Positions 36,124 to 46,429 of a stretch of 64,000 nucleotides of DNA are shown here, one piece after another (the stretch's first letter is position 1; the number at the start of each line of letters is the position of its first letter). The translations under genes and the position numbers were made by a program. The notes below the pieces were generated by a model. That model made no database searches. It worked only from the letters and a program-made list of their open reading frames with translations, and was not told where the DNA came from. Origin of the DNA: an uncultured bacterium (lineage in GTDB: Bacteria > Verrucomicrobiota > Verrucomicrobiia > Verrucomicrobiales > DEV007); the NCBI GenBank assembly GCA_963977015.1, contig CAXBMO010000001.1:579524-643523 (forward strand), given 5' to 3'.

Positions 36124-37428
36124 ATGGATCGTTTCGCGTTGCATGATGCCCTTCACCACACATTGGCCATCATTATGGGAGGTGGGGCCGGGAGCCGCCT
36201 TTTCCCGTTGACCAAAGATCGAGCAAAGCCTGCCGTGCCGCTTGGAGGCAAATACCGGCTGGTAGATATTCCCATCAGCAATTGTCTTAACTCCGGCCTG
36301 TCCCAGATGTATGTGCTGACGCAGTTCAACAGTGCTTCGCTGCACCGTCACATTACCTCTGCGTACCGGTTTGACCATTTTCGGGAAAACTTCGTCGAGA
36401 TTCTGGCCGCGCAGCAGACTCCCTCGGGGAGCGAGTGGTATCAGGGGACGGCCGACGCGGTTCGACAGAACATGCGCTATTTTCTGAATCCGCAGTACGA
36501 ACATTATGTGATTTTGAGCGGTGATCAGCTTTACCGAATGGATTTTCGGGAGGTGTTGAATCAGCACTTGGACCGGAAAGCGGACATCACGATTGCGACG
36601 CTGCCGGTTGACCGGGAAGATGCGAAAGGGTTTGGAATTCTGGAAACGGGTGGGGATGGAACAATCACGAGTTTTGTTGAAAAACCGAAAGAGGATGAAG
36701 TTCTTGATAAGCTGAAGATGCCGGTCGATTTGCTGAAGGCCTGCGGACTGCCTGAGGATACCGAGAAATTTCAGGCCTCAATGGGTATTTATGTGTTTCG
36801 GAGGGAAGTGTTGGAGGAGTCGCTTGATAACGACTTTGTCGACTTCGGCAAGCATATTATTCCCTCAGCCATTGAGAAATACGACGTAAAAAGCCACACC
36901 TTTCAAGGATATTGGGAAGATATCGGAACGATCCGATCGTTTTTCGAAGCAAATCTTGATTTGGTGAAAGTCGTTCCCGACTACGACTTCTTTGATGCGA
37001 AGAGCCAGATCTACACTCGCCCACGTTTTCTTCCAGCCAGCAAAATTAACTCTGCGACCGTGAAGGAAGCGATTATTTCGGACGGCTGCATCATTACGGA
37101 TGCGAGAATTGAGCGTTCGGTGATTGGAGTTCGCTCAATCATTGAGAGTCATGCGACGATCACCGATACCATTATGATGGGCGCTGATTATTTCGAGAAA
37201 GACCGTCTTGAGCAGAAGAAAACCGATGATCCGCCGATCGGCATCGGGAAGAACGCCAAGATTCATCGCGCGATCATCGACAAGAACGCACGAATTGGAG
37301 ACGACGTTTCCATCAATCCGGAAGGAAAAGACCCGCACTACAGTCATCCGGACGGGATGTATTACATTCGGGACGGAATCGTGGTTGTGCCGAAGAATTC
37401 GGTGATTCCAGCGGGCACGGTCATTTGA
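36124..37428 (+). CDS. glgC: Glucose-1-phosphate adenylyltransferase
   Basis: RLFPLTKDRAKPAVPLGGKYRLVDIP, WYQGTADAVRQ, LSGDQLYRMD, SMGIYVF, DFGK, YWEDIGT. Confidence 0.97.
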   Translation: MDRFALHDALHHTLAIIMGGGAGSRLFPLTKDRAKPAVPLGGKYRLVDIPISNCLNSGLSQMYVLTQFNSASLHRHITSAYRFDHFRENFVEILAAQQTPSGSEWYQGTADAVRQNMRYFLNPQYEHYVILSGDQLYRMDFREVLNQHLDRKADITIATLPVDREDAKGFGILETGGDGTITSFVEKPKEDEVLDKLKMPVDLLKACGLPEDTEKFQASMGIYVFRREVLEESLDNDFVDFGKHIIPSAIEKYDVKSHTFQGYWEDIGTIRSFFEANLDLVKVVPDYDFFDAKSQIYTRPRFLPASKINSATVKEAIISDGCIITDARIERSVIGVRSIIESHATITDTIMMGADYFEKDRLEQKKTDDPPIGIGKNAKIHRAIIDKNARIGDDVSINPEGKDPHYSHPDGMYYIRDGIVVVPKNSVIPAGTVI

Positions 37429-37455
37429 TCGAGCCTTTGCTCCCCAAGATGGAGT

Positions 37456-39273
37456 TCAGGCGGCGGATAGTTCGCCGGTTCCCGCATAAATTTGAGAGTT
37501 TCGTCGCGCGATCCAGATCCAACTGGCGATGAGCACCAACGACAACAGCAAGACCCAGAGCGTCCAGTTCATGTCTTGTTCGGTGTGACGTTCGACGAGC
37601 GAGTTCCCAGCTTCAGCCAGTCGATTCTCGGTAGCGGCTTGGCTCAAGTCCGCTTCCCGGGTATCGGCGAAGAAGGTTGAAGCCTCAAGAATCTTCTCAT
37701 CACCTCGACTGACCGTGAGATAACCGGGATAAATGGGGGCGGTTTCCCGCGCCGCGTCCTCCAGGGGGGCTTCTCTCTCGAAGTTGTTGCTGCCATCCCA
37801 GGACCGAAAGGAAATGGTGAGTGGTTCGGTGGATTCCACTCCTGAAATCGTCAGATTGAGCGGCTGGCCGGTTTCCAGGATTTTGCGTTCCAGAACCGGT
37901 TTGGTTTGCCGAATTTGTTCTGCGTACCGATGAACAAGCACGATGAAGGCAGGCAGTTTGAGAGCGTTCGAACCCGCGAGATCAAAATTGAAGAGCAGTT
38001 GCTTCGAGCCCTCCTGTTCCCGCAGCATGATCAATGGAGTCGTGTCCTGCCAGAGAAGCACCGTGTCAGCATCTCGCCGTGGAATCTGCAGGGAACGCCG
38101 GACGACGAGGGGCTCCCAATTCAAATGCTCGATGAGAGGATGGTTTTCTGCGATGAGCCGTCCTTCAAAAATACGATTCTGTTTGATGCGATGTTCGAGG
38201 AAAACCACCGCGTTTCCGGTCGGCATCCGCGGCGAAATCGGATTGTAGCTTGCCAACGTAATGTCCGGCACCTGCTCGCTTTCCGGTTCCAAAAGCGTTG
38301 CCGTCTGGATCGATCCGGCAACTTGAGCCGCCTGTTCGGCAAGAACCGGTGCGACGGTTGAGCGGAGATTGAGCATTCGCGGTTTTGGCTGGGCCATTGG
38401 CAAAACGTCATCTGCGCTGAAGGCGTCCGGCTCGAGATGAAGGGTGCAGAATTCCGTATTGGAGGGAAAAGGCCCTTCGATCACGCGAATTTCGCTCGGA
38501 GCAAGCTTGATGGTTTGAGGGGCGGAGCGCTGATTGCCACTTGCCAGAAACCACTGCCGCTCCACGGGCGCATCGTGGTAATTTCTCACAATCGCCGTCC
38601 ATTTTGAGGTTCCTGCTTCCTCTTTGACCGTCAAACCGGCAAATCCCAGGTTGGGCTTTTGGCTTCCAACGGCAAGCAGAGTCGCGTCGAAAGGGAGTTG
38701 TTTGGAGACATGATCGGTCACCAACACCACGATTCCGTCCCGGCCGACCAGATTTCTGGCGACGCGCAGTGACGGCTCAAATTCATGCTCGCCGAGAACC
38801 GGTTTCCATTGATCCAAAGCCGCCTTCAGCTCGTCCAGGTTCGTGCCGCGATATAGATTCCCTGCCGAAAGGCTCGATTCGATCACGTAGAACTCGGTGC
38901 GGGCGACCGAACCGGAAAGCTTCTCCAATTCTGAGATCAACAGCTCCCGCGCTTCGGTTTCAAAGGCGGTCATCGACGCGGAATTGTCGAGAACAACCGC
39001 CAGCGGCTGGACGGAATCACTTCGCAACCAGCGAGGCTGGACCAGAAGCCAGGTCAGAAGCAGGACCATGAGCAACTGAAGCCATAGCGGAACGGAAGAC
39101 CGGATCCGCTCGAACTTTCGACCTTCCACGCTTTCGCGTTGCATTTGCTCAAGAAGGAAGAGCGTTGAGATCGTGACTTCCTGGCTTTGCCGCTGCAGAA
39201 AATGGATGAGAAGAACGATCGGGATTCCGAGGAGAGCCCAAAGGCCGATAGGGTTGGAGAGGATCAGTTCCAT
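37456..39273 (-). CDS. BatA N-terminal domain / vWA membrane protein
   Basis: LSNPIGLWALLGIPIVLLIHFL...ISTLFLL, VVLDNSASM MIDAS, VLVTD, C-terminal TM. Confidence 0.8.
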   Translation of the reverse strand: MELILSNPIGLWALLGIPIVLLIHFLQRQSQEVTISTLFLLEQMQRESVEGRKFERIRSSVPLWLQLLMVLLLTWLLVQPRWLRSDSVQPLAVVLDNSASMTAFETEARELLISELEKLSGSVARTEFYVIESSLSAGNLYRGTNLDELKAALDQWKPVLGEHEFEPSLRVARNLVGRDGIVVLVTDHVSKQLPFDATLLAVGSQKPNLGFAGLTVKEEAGTSKWTAIVRNYHDAPVERQWFLASGNQRSAPQTIKLAPSEIRVIEGPFPSNTEFCTLHLEPDAFSADDVLPMAQPKPRMLNLRSTVAPVLAEQAAQVAGSIQTATLLEPESEQVPDITLASYNPISPRMPTGNAVVFLEHRIKQNRIFEGRLIAENHPLIEHLNWEPLVVRRSLQIPRRDADTVLLWQDTTPLIMLREQEGSKQLLFNFDLAGSNALKLPAFIVLVHRYAEQIRQTKPVLERKILETGQPLNLTISGVESTEPLTISFRSWDGSNNFEREAPLEDAARETAPIYPGYLTVSRGDEKILEASTFFADTREADLSQAATENRLAEAGNSLVERHTEQDMNWTLWVLLLSLVLIASWIWIARRNSQIYAGTGELSAA

Positions 39274-39321
39274 CAATCAATCTTGTTTTGAGTCTCTCGC
39301 CTCCGGCCCCTCACATCAAGG

Positions 39322-40104
39322 CTAACATTTCGGAGGATTGCGCCCAATCATGGGATACTGCTCGATCTCGAGAATCGAACCGCTGATGGGGCCACTCTCG
39401 TTGCTCAAAAAGTAGACGGCTGCGGCGGCGATCTCTTCGGGGGCGAAAATCCGGGAAGACGGCGCGAACATCGAGGGAAGCGCCGACGGCCAGTCTTCAT
39501 CCATACCCTGTTCGTGCTTTCGAGCTTGTTCGTTTTCGGTCAGCACCCAACCCGGATTGATTTGATTGACGCGAATGCCGTGTTCGCGATGCAGCGTGTC
39601 GCCGAGATTTCGCGTCATGGTTTGCAGGGCGCCCTTCGACATGGAGTAGGGGAGAAGCTCCGCCTCCCCACAATTGGCGTTGACGGAGCCGATGTTCAAA
39701 ACCGAGCCCTTTTGCGCGGCAAGTTGCGGGATCGCCGCTTTGATCAGGAAAAACGGTGCCTTGGCATTGATCGCCATGGCCATTTCAAACTTGGCTTCAT
39801 CGGTGTCGTTGATGTTGCCCGTTCCGACCCAGGCCGCGTTGTTGACGAGCGCATCGAACTTTCCGAATTCGTCGATTGCTGTTTGGATCAATTGTTTTGG
39901 GGCACCGTCCGTGGTGAGATCGAGAATGCACAGGGAAACCTGGCTGCGGTCGGGATTGAGATCTTCAATGGCCTGTTCGCCGAGATCCGGCTCCAATCCG
40001 TGAATCAGAACGTTGGCTCCTTCGGCAATGGCGGCTTTCGCAATCGCCTTGCCGATGCCGGTCGTGGAGCCGGTGACGATAATCGTTTTTCCGTCGAGTC
40101 TCAT
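39322..40104 (-). CDS. SDR family oxidoreductase
   Basis: IVTGSTTGIG, LVNNA, YSMSK, VNQINPGW. Confidence 0.93.
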   Translation of the reverse strand: MRLDGKTIIVTGSTTGIGKAIAKAAIAEGANVLIHGLEPDLGEQAIEDLNPDRSQVSLCILDLTTDGAPKQLIQTAIDEFGKFDALVNNAAWVGTGNINDTDEAKFEMAMAINAKAPFFLIKAAIPQLAAQKGSVLNIGSVNANCGEAELLPYSMSKGALQTMTRNLGDTLHREHGIRVNQINPGWVLTENEQARKHEQGMDEDWPSALPSMFAPSSRIFAPEEIAAAAVYFLSNESGPISGSILEIEQYPMIGRNPPKC

Positions 40105-40125
40105 GGGATTTGGGGCGGCTTTGAC

Positions 40126-40164
40126 AAAAAAAGGCCGACTCACCATGAAGTGGTAAGTCGGCCT
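40126..40164 (-). terminator. Rho-independent terminator-like hairpin
   Basis: aggccgact-cacca..tggta-agtcggcct stem ending in a T7 run on the minus strand. Confidence 0.65.
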
Positions 40165-40326
40165 GTAAAAGGAATTGCGCTGCAATGAGCGGATTAACTA
40201 GCTTCGTGACTGATGAAGCAACGCAGAAATCGGGCAAAAGATCCGCGATCTCCACTCCATGCGAAGCGAAGGATCTATTTCTTAATCCAAAACAGTTAGT
40301 GTGCCGGTTAGTTTTCGGATGATGCA

Positions 40327-41514
40327 CTAGTTCCCGGCAAGAGCGCGGAGCAAATATTGGCTCGGCTGGAAGTCTTCAATCAGAATTTCTTCCTGATCGC
40401 CGCGCTTCATGCGGACTTGGGCGATGTTGAAATTGGGGGTCTTGTGCGGAGCAAAAAGGATGTCGTCGTGGGTCGAGTTTTCGTGCTTCTTGAACATTTC
40501 AGGGATGATGTCTCCTCCCAGATGATCGTCGCGACCTGTCGCAAGGTGGCAGGTTCCCAAAACCTTCTCATCCTGGATATCGGCTCCGGAAACGGGCAGA
40601 ACCTGGGTTCCAAATCCCAATTCGCCGAGGGTCCCGGTCATCGGGTCGTCGGCCAACCGCTGGTTGTGAGCGTCAATCGTCGCCTGATCACCCTCAATCA
40701 AGGTGGAGTTGATGATGCTGCGATTCACGACCTCCAGTTTTCCCAACGTGCCGTCGGCATATTTCATCGGGAAATAGCCATTTGCGCTGACCGGAACAAA
40801 GTAGACTTCGCCGGCGGGGAGGTTGGCGACATCCGGGGAGAGCCCCTTGCAAAGACCATGACTCTTTTGCGCTTTCTGGCCTCCGAGTTCGAGTTCGGCG
40901 GTCAACACGGAACCGTCTTCGAGTCCGAAGTCGATTTCGATCGTATCGGCCTCCGTCATCGCCAACCGCAGTTTTTCGGCGTCGGCGCTTACTTCATTGT
41001 AGTCGACCGCAAGCCCGGTATTGAGGATGATGTCGTTGAGTCCATGGAGCGTGGCTCCGCGAAAACCGAACTCTTTGCACTTCGCGGTCAACGGCGCGGT
41101 TGCCGAGTAGGTGGAAACACAAAGAATGATGTCGTATTCCGGGTAGATGTCGTTATCCAGACTTAATTTGAGACCATTGGCGTCGTAGCACTCATCCTTC
41201 AGATCCAGATTGGATCCGTAGGTCATGGGAAAGGCGAACATTTCTCCACCGGTCATCCCAAGTTCCTTCATGCCGCCGTCTTTCAGGCCGAGATAGAACT
41301 CCTCAAAGGCCTTTTTTTGCACCTCATGACCGTCGACATTCAGGAAACCGTAGTTTTCCATCAGCGAAAGGTCCTCCAGATCGATCAGCACGCAGACCCG
41401 GGAGCCTTCGGTTGGTTCAAAGACGGTTCCCAGCAATCGAGTGAGGCTAAACTCTGGGAACGCTCGTTTAGCGGGATCGGTGATAATGGCTTCAGTGTCG
41501 ATAATTGGACTCAT
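40327..41514 (-). CDS. Putative M29-like (thermophilic metalloprotease) aminopeptidase
   Basis: ANLPAGEVY, GELGFG, QDEKVLGTCHLATG, THDD. Confidence 0.65.
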   Translation of the reverse strand: MSPIIDTEAIITDPAKRAFPEFSLTRLLGTVFEPTEGSRVCVLIDLEDLSLMENYGFLNVDGHEVQKKAFEEFYLGLKDGGMKELGMTGGEMFAFPMTYGSNLDLKDECYDANGLKLSLDNDIYPEYDIILCVSTYSATAPLTAKCKEFGFRGATLHGLNDIILNTGLAVDYNEVSADAEKLRLAMTEADTIEIDFGLEDGSVLTAELELGGQKAQKSHGLCKGLSPDVANLPAGEVYFVPVSANGYFPMKYADGTLGKLEVVNRSIINSTLIEGDQATIDAHNQRLADDPMTGTLGELGFGTQVLPVSGADIQDEKVLGTCHLATGRDDHLGGDIIPEMFKKHENSTHDDILFAPHKTPNFNIAQVRMKRGDQEEILIEDFQPSQYLLRALAGN

Positions 41515-41615
41515 GGCAGAGAAGTTCTGTTTTGTCTGGTCGTTTACGCGAAAACCTGTAGTTCGGTCGCGTAATACTTGCGAACTGTGACGCCCAAGGC
41601 GACATCTTCCTTTCA

Positions 41616-42335
41616 GTGGAAGGTGATAACATCATTCAATTCTCAACTGAGAAGAAGACGGTTCTGATTACGGGGTGCACCCGAGGGCTGGGGAGAGCCA
41701 TGACCGAAGCCTTCATTGCCCGGGGAGATACGGTGGTCGGATGTGGACGCTCGGAAGTCGAGTTGAAAAAAATGAGGGAAGAATTTGGAGAATCGCCCCA
41801 TCGTTTTTTTCAGATTGATGTGACCGAAGACACCAGCGTGGAAGTGCTTTGTGAACAGACGGTCGATACGGTGGGAATTCCAAATCTGGTGCTCAACAAC
41901 GCTGGGGTCATCAATGAAAGTGGCCCACTCTGGGACATCAGCGACGACGAATTTACCGAGGTGATGGAGGTCAATGTGAAAGGGACGGTCAGCGTGATTC
42001 GCCACATCGTTCCCTACATGATTGATTCTGGAAAAGCGGGGGTAATCGTGAATTTCAGCTCCGGATGGGGCCGCTCAACCTCTCCGGAAGTGGCTCCCTA
42101 TTGCGCGAGCAAATGGGCGATCGAAGGGCTGACGCAAGCGCTGGCCCAGGAACTTCCCGTCAATCTTGGAACCGTTGCCCTGAACCCCGGAATCATCGAC
42201 ACAGAACTGTTGCGGAGCTGTTTCGGACCAAGTTCCGCGAATTATCCCAACGCGAAAGAGTGGGCGAGGACTGCGGTCCCGTTCCTCGTGAATCTCGCGC
42301 CGAGCGACAATGGAAAGTCGCTGACGGCTCCCTGA
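41616..42335 (+). CDS. SDR family oxidoreductase
   Basis: LITGCTRGLG, NNAG, FSSGWG, YCASK, LNPG. Confidence 0.93.
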   Translation: MEGDNIIQFSTEKKTVLITGCTRGLGRAMTEAFIARGDTVVGCGRSEVELKKMREEFGESPHRFFQIDVTEDTSVEVLCEQTVDTVGIPNLVLNNAGVINESGPLWDISDDEFTEVMEVNVKGTVSVIRHIVPYMIDSGKAGVIVNFSSGWGRSTSPEVAPYCASKWAIEGLTQALAQELPVNLGTVALNPGIIDTELLRSCFGPSSANYPNAKEWARTAVPFLVNLAPSDNGKSLTAP

Positions 42336-42346
42336 TTGCGCTGACT

Positions 42347-43213
42347 TCAGAAGCGCAGGCGCAAGCCGGCTCCCGCCCACCAGCTGTTTTCCAAATCGAC
42401 TTGGGAGCCACCTTCAATTTCCAACTCCCGCGCGACTTGATACCCGCCTTCGATGTAGGCCCATAAAGCTCCAAAAAGAGCCTGGTCGAGGCCAAGGCCG
42501 ATCTGAACCGCCTGATAGTCGAGATCGCGTTCCTCACCCGTCGCGGGATCTTCAATGTTCCAACCGCCACCGCTCGGGTAGGCAAACGCCGTAAACAGCG
42601 TTCCTTCAAAGGGCGCGTAGCTGGCGTAGAGGCGGGGAGCGGTGATGCTGAGCACCCAATGTTGATTGGGCTCCCAAATCAATCCAACCGCAGGAAGGAG
42701 GCGAGCTTCGCCAAGATCCCGCGAAAAATAGCCGCCCAAGGCAATTCGAACGTCTTCCTTCCACTGATAGGAGGCCAGTCCGAGCGCACTGACAGTGAAG
42801 TCATCTCCGGTAATTTTCTTGAAGTCGGAGCTGATTCCCGGCTCGAGTCTCACCCAGTATTTCCAACCATTCTGCCCGGTTTTCCAGAAGTTGATGGGGA
42901 TCTGCACGCGATGAAGGTCAAGCTCGTCACCAATGGGGTCGAAACCATCGAGTTTGAGCTGGTTCCAACGGTAACGGACGCCGCCAATGATCCGTAAATC
43001 TTCGGTAGTCACAATCGGGAAGGGTGCGCTGATCCCAGCTTCGGTGACGCCTAGGCTTCCGTCTCCCGGACCGTCAAAGTCCGCGGTTTCAGTCCAAAGC
43101 CAATGCACCGAGCCTGCCGCATAGTTTGGAATGAAGGTTTCTTCCTGATCGGTTTCTGCAGTAGCAATTCCGCAGGAGATGATTAAGATGAGGAAAGGTT
43201 GTGCGAGTTTCAT
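42347..43213 (-). CDS. Outer-membrane beta-barrel protein (DUF6268-like)
   Basis: Signal peptide, amphipathic beta strands, PGISSDF, LPAVGLIW, C-terminal GLRLRF. Confidence 0.75.
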   Translation of the reverse strand: MKLAQPFLILIISCGIATAETDQEETFIPNYAAGSVHWLWTETADFDGPGDGSLGVTEAGISAPFPIVTTEDLRIIGGVRYRWNQLKLDGFDPIGDELDLHRVQIPINFWKTGQNGWKYWVRLEPGISSDFKKITGDDFTVSALGLASYQWKEDVRIALGGYFSRDLGEARLLPAVGLIWEPNQHWVLSITAPRLYASYAPFEGTLFTAFAYPSGGGWNIEDPATGEERDLDYQAVQIGLGLDQALFGALWAYIEGGYQVARELEIEGGSQVDLENSWWAGAGLRLRF

Positions 43214-43420
43214 GAGAAGTCGTGGCGATGCTAGGACCGCTTACGTTGTCTCGCAAGCTTCGGATTCTTCGACAAGTTCGAGAGAAATCCCGAGGCAAGG
43301 GTTTTCGCGATGCGGAAAAACATTGAAAAAGATGTGAAATATAATAATTTCCATAATAAATCCGGGCGTTAGCAGTTCATTGCCGCGACATTTTTATTTT
43401 TGCCTCTCAACCAACCTTCC

Positions 43421-44596
43421 ATGACGAAAACCGTCTCAGATACCGGATTCACAGAGCGAATGCCGTTAGCGACCGAGCAAAAACACAAGCGCGTGCTTTC
43501 CGTGTTCGGCACGCGCCCGGAGATCATCAAGTTTGCTCCGGTGTTGGACGAGTTGGAGCAGCGCGAGGGGGTGAAGACGGTCAACGTTTGCACGTCCCAA
43601 CATACGGATTTAGCGGCTCCGTTTCTCAACGAGTTCCGGATTCGGGTGGATCACGACCTGAACGCGATGCGACCAAATCAATCGCTGAATGCACTTTTGG
43701 GACGAATGCTCGGAGCGCTCGATGACATTCTGGAAGCCGAGCAGCCCCATTTTGTGCTGGTTCAGGGAGATACCGCCAGCGCGCTGGCCGGAGCCATGGC
43801 GGCATTTCATCGCAAGATTCCCGTTGGCCATATTGAGGCCGGACTTCGCTCGGGGGATCCAATGTCGCCTTTTCCGGAAGAAATGAATCGCACCCTGATT
43901 GGGCAAATCGCGACGGCTCACTTTGCGGCGACCCAACGCAACAAAGAGACGCTGCTGAACGAGGGCGTCGCCGCGGATTCCATCTATCTGACCGGTAATC
44001 CCGTGGTCGATTCGGTGTCGAAGATGACCTCACAGGAGACGTGCTCGTCCGCGGTCAAGGCGTTGCTTGAGGCAACGGAAGGAACCAAACGAATCGTGAT
44101 GACGGCGCATCGACGCGAGAATTTCGAATCCAATCTGGCGGGCTATTTCTCGGTGGTCCGCGATTTCCTGCTCAAGAATCCCTCGGTCAGTCTCATTTTC
44201 CCGGTGCACCCGAACCCAAGCGTCAAGGCATTGGCCGACGAATATTTTGGAGGGCTGGAGTCGGTTCATCTGGCGCCGCCGCTACCCTATCCGGATTTTG
44301 TGCGTTTGCTCCAGCACGCCTGGTTGATTGCGAGTGACTCCGGCGGTATTCAGGAAGAAGCACCAAGTTTGGGGAAACCGTTGTTGATCATGCGGGAAAA
44401 CACGGAACGTCCCGAAGCGGTGGAATGTGGGGCTGCAAAGTTGATTGGCGAAGATCCTGCTTCGTTGCAGCGGCATCTGGAGGAGGCCTTGATTCCTGGA
44501 AACTGGACCGAGTCGGTCTCGGAACTGGTGAACCCATTTGGTGACGGGGCCAGCCGCAAACGGATTGTGGAAGCCATTTGCCAGGCGATTGGCTGA
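43421..44596 (+). CDS. wecB: UDP-N-acetylglucosamine 2-epimerase (non-hydrolysing)
   Basis: FGTRPEIIK, VQGDT, HIEAGLRS, PFPEEMNR, TAHRREN, DSGGIQEEAP, TERPE, NPFGDG; start could also be 43460. Confidence 0.96.
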   Translation: MTKTVSDTGFTERMPLATEQKHKRVLSVFGTRPEIIKFAPVLDELEQREGVKTVNVCTSQHTDLAAPFLNEFRIRVDHDLNAMRPNQSLNALLGRMLGALDDILEAEQPHFVLVQGDTASALAGAMAAFHRKIPVGHIEAGLRSGDPMSPFPEEMNRTLIGQIATAHFAATQRNKETLLNEGVAADSIYLTGNPVVDSVSKMTSQETCSSAVKALLEATEGTKRIVMTAHRRENFESNLAGYFSVVRDFLLKNPSVSLIFPVHPNPSVKALADEYFGGLESVHLAPPLPYPDFVRLLQHAWLIASDSGGIQEEAPSLGKPLLIMRENTERPEAVECGAAKLIGEDPASLQRHLEEALIPGNWTESVSELVNPFGDGASRKRIVEAICQAIG

Positions 44597-44627
44597 ACCC
44601 GGGGATTTTCGACAAAACGAGTTAACC

Positions 44628-45596
44628 ATGTACGCCTCCCTCAGCATCGATCTGGACAACCAATGGAGTTACCAAAAGACCCATGGTGACGCTGGTTGGG
44701 AGGATTATCCAAGCTATCTCGACGTCATCGTTCCGAGGGTTTTGGGACTGCTCGAAAAACTGGAGATCGACGCCACGTTTTTCATTGTCGGGAAAGATGC
44801 GGAACTGGCGAAGAACCGCGATGCGATGCGCCGCATCGGTGACTCCGGCCACGAAGTCGCGAATCACTCATTTTCGCACGACCCCAAACTTGCGGGCTTC
44901 CCGGATGACGAACTTTTGCAGGAAGTCGCCAAGGCGGAGCATTGGATCGAAGAACGAACCGGGTTTCGTCCGGTGGGGTTTCGTGCGCCCGGGTTCAGTC
45001 ATTGTCCCGCGCTCATGCAGATTCTTTCTGAGCGAGGCTATCTATACGACGCCTCCACGTTTCCGACATTCATCGGGCCACTTGCCAGAATGTATCATTT
45101 TGCCACGTCGGGGCTGAGCAAAGAAGAAAAACGCAAACAGAAGCATCTTTATGGAGGCTGGAGCGAAGCATTCCGGTCGTTGAAAGCGCATCCACTCAAT
45201 CTGGAAGGGGAGAAACAACTGCTCGAGATCCCGGTGACGACCATGCCGGGTTTGCGGACCCCGATTCACGCGACCTACCTTCTCTACCTGGCCTGCCTCA
45301 GCCCGCTTGCCGCCAGGGCTTACCTTCGCAGTGCCCTCACGTTGTGCAAGCTGACGCGGACACCTCCCAGCTTTCTGCTCCATCCGACCGACTTCCTGGG
45401 ATGCGATGACACCCCCCAATTGCTGTTCTTTCCGGCGATGGGCCAGATCAGCCAATGGAAGATGAAGCAGATGACGCACTTTTTGAAAATGGTCAAAGAT
45501 GGGTTTGAAACCATTACCATGCGCGAGCACGCCAAGCGTGAGGGCGTCTTCGACAAGTTTGCCTCCGACAATCTCGAAACTGCTCACGTTCTCTAA
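44628..45596 (+). CDS. Polysaccharide deacetylase (CE4-like)
   Basis: SIDLD, ATFFIVG, HEVANHSFSH, GFRAPGF, YDAS, EIPVT, LLHP. Confidence 0.88.
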   Translation: MYASLSIDLDNQWSYQKTHGDAGWEDYPSYLDVIVPRVLGLLEKLEIDATFFIVGKDAELAKNRDAMRRIGDSGHEVANHSFSHDPKLAGFPDDELLQEVAKAEHWIEERTGFRPVGFRAPGFSHCPALMQILSERGYLYDASTFPTFIGPLARMYHFATSGLSKEEKRKQKHLYGGWSEAFRSLKAHPLNLEGEKQLLEIPVTTMPGLRTPIHATYLLYLACLSPLAARAYLRSALTLCKLTRTPPSFLLHPTDFLGCDDTPQLLFFPAMGQISQWKMKQMTHFLKMVKDGFETITMREHAKREGVFDKFASDNLETAHVL

Positions 45597-45625
45597 GATC
45601 TCCGAATCTGAAACCTAAACACGTC

Positions 45626-46429
45626 ATGTCACCAGCAACTCCCGAAACCCCAGGCCGAGTCCATGTGATTCTTCCGGCCTTTAACGAAGAAGAATCGCTT
45701 CCCAATTTGCTGAAGCGTTTTGCAACGCTCAATCAGGAGCACCCCGAATTGAATCTCGTGATTCGAGTGATCGATGACGGTTCATCCGACCGCACCGCAG
45801 AAGTTGCGGCGCTTCCCGTCGCAGGGCTCGAGGTCATTGTTGAGCAGCACCCAAAGAATATGGGGTTGGGTCAAGCCATGCTGACCGGCGTTCAAAAGAC
45901 CGTCGCTGCGGCGAAAGGGAATGACATGATCGTTGCCATGGATGCGGACGACACGCATGACGTCAATCTGATTCCCAGGATGGCCGGGCAACTCGCCGAC
46001 GGCGCCAGCATTTCAATCGCCTCCCGCTTTGTTGAAGGTGGGTGCGACGATACCGCGCCTCCATTTCGCCGCCTGCTGAGTCGTGGCGCGTCCGTCGTAT
46101 TCCGAACGGTTTTTCCATTGGAAGGAATCAAGGACTTCACGAGTGGCTATCGCATGTATCGGGCGGATTTGCTGAAGGAAGCGGTGCGTCACTGGGGGGA
46201 ACGCCTGATTGAGGAGGATGGGTTTGCCTGCATGGTCGAGTTGCTGTTGAAGTTGCGCCACTGGGAGCCGGAAATGCGAGAAGTTCCGATGTTGCTTCGT
46301 TATGATCGCAAGCTCAGCGCGAGTAAGCTGAAACTCTTCCGGACGTTGCGCCAATACCTGGTTTTGGCGGTTCGCAATTCCGTGACTCCTGCCCCCCGTA
46401 ACAACATGGCTCATGTCCTGGCGTCCTGA
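45626..46429 (+). CDS. GT2 glycosyltransferase (DPM1/polyprenol-phosphate type)
   Basis: ILPAFNEE, IDDGSSD, NMGLG, MDADDTH, ASRF, DFTSGYRMY. Confidence 0.9.
   Translation: MSPATPETPGRVHVILPAFNEEESLPNLLKRFATLNQEHPELNLVIRVIDDGSSDRTAEVAALPVAGLEVIVEQHPKNMGLGQAMLTGVQKTVAAAKGNDMIVAMDADDTHDVNLIPRMAGQLADGASISIASRFVEGGCDDTAPPFRRLLSRGASVVFRTVFPLEGIKDFTSGYRMYRADLLKEAVRHWGERLIEEDGFACMVELLLKLRHWEPEMREVPMLLRYDRKLSASKLKLFRTLRQYLVLAVRNSVTPAPRNNMAHVLAS

Noticed and set aside
40186-40323. About 45-aa plus-strand small ORF in the intergenic region
   Set aside because: No motif or ribosome-binding site; could be chance
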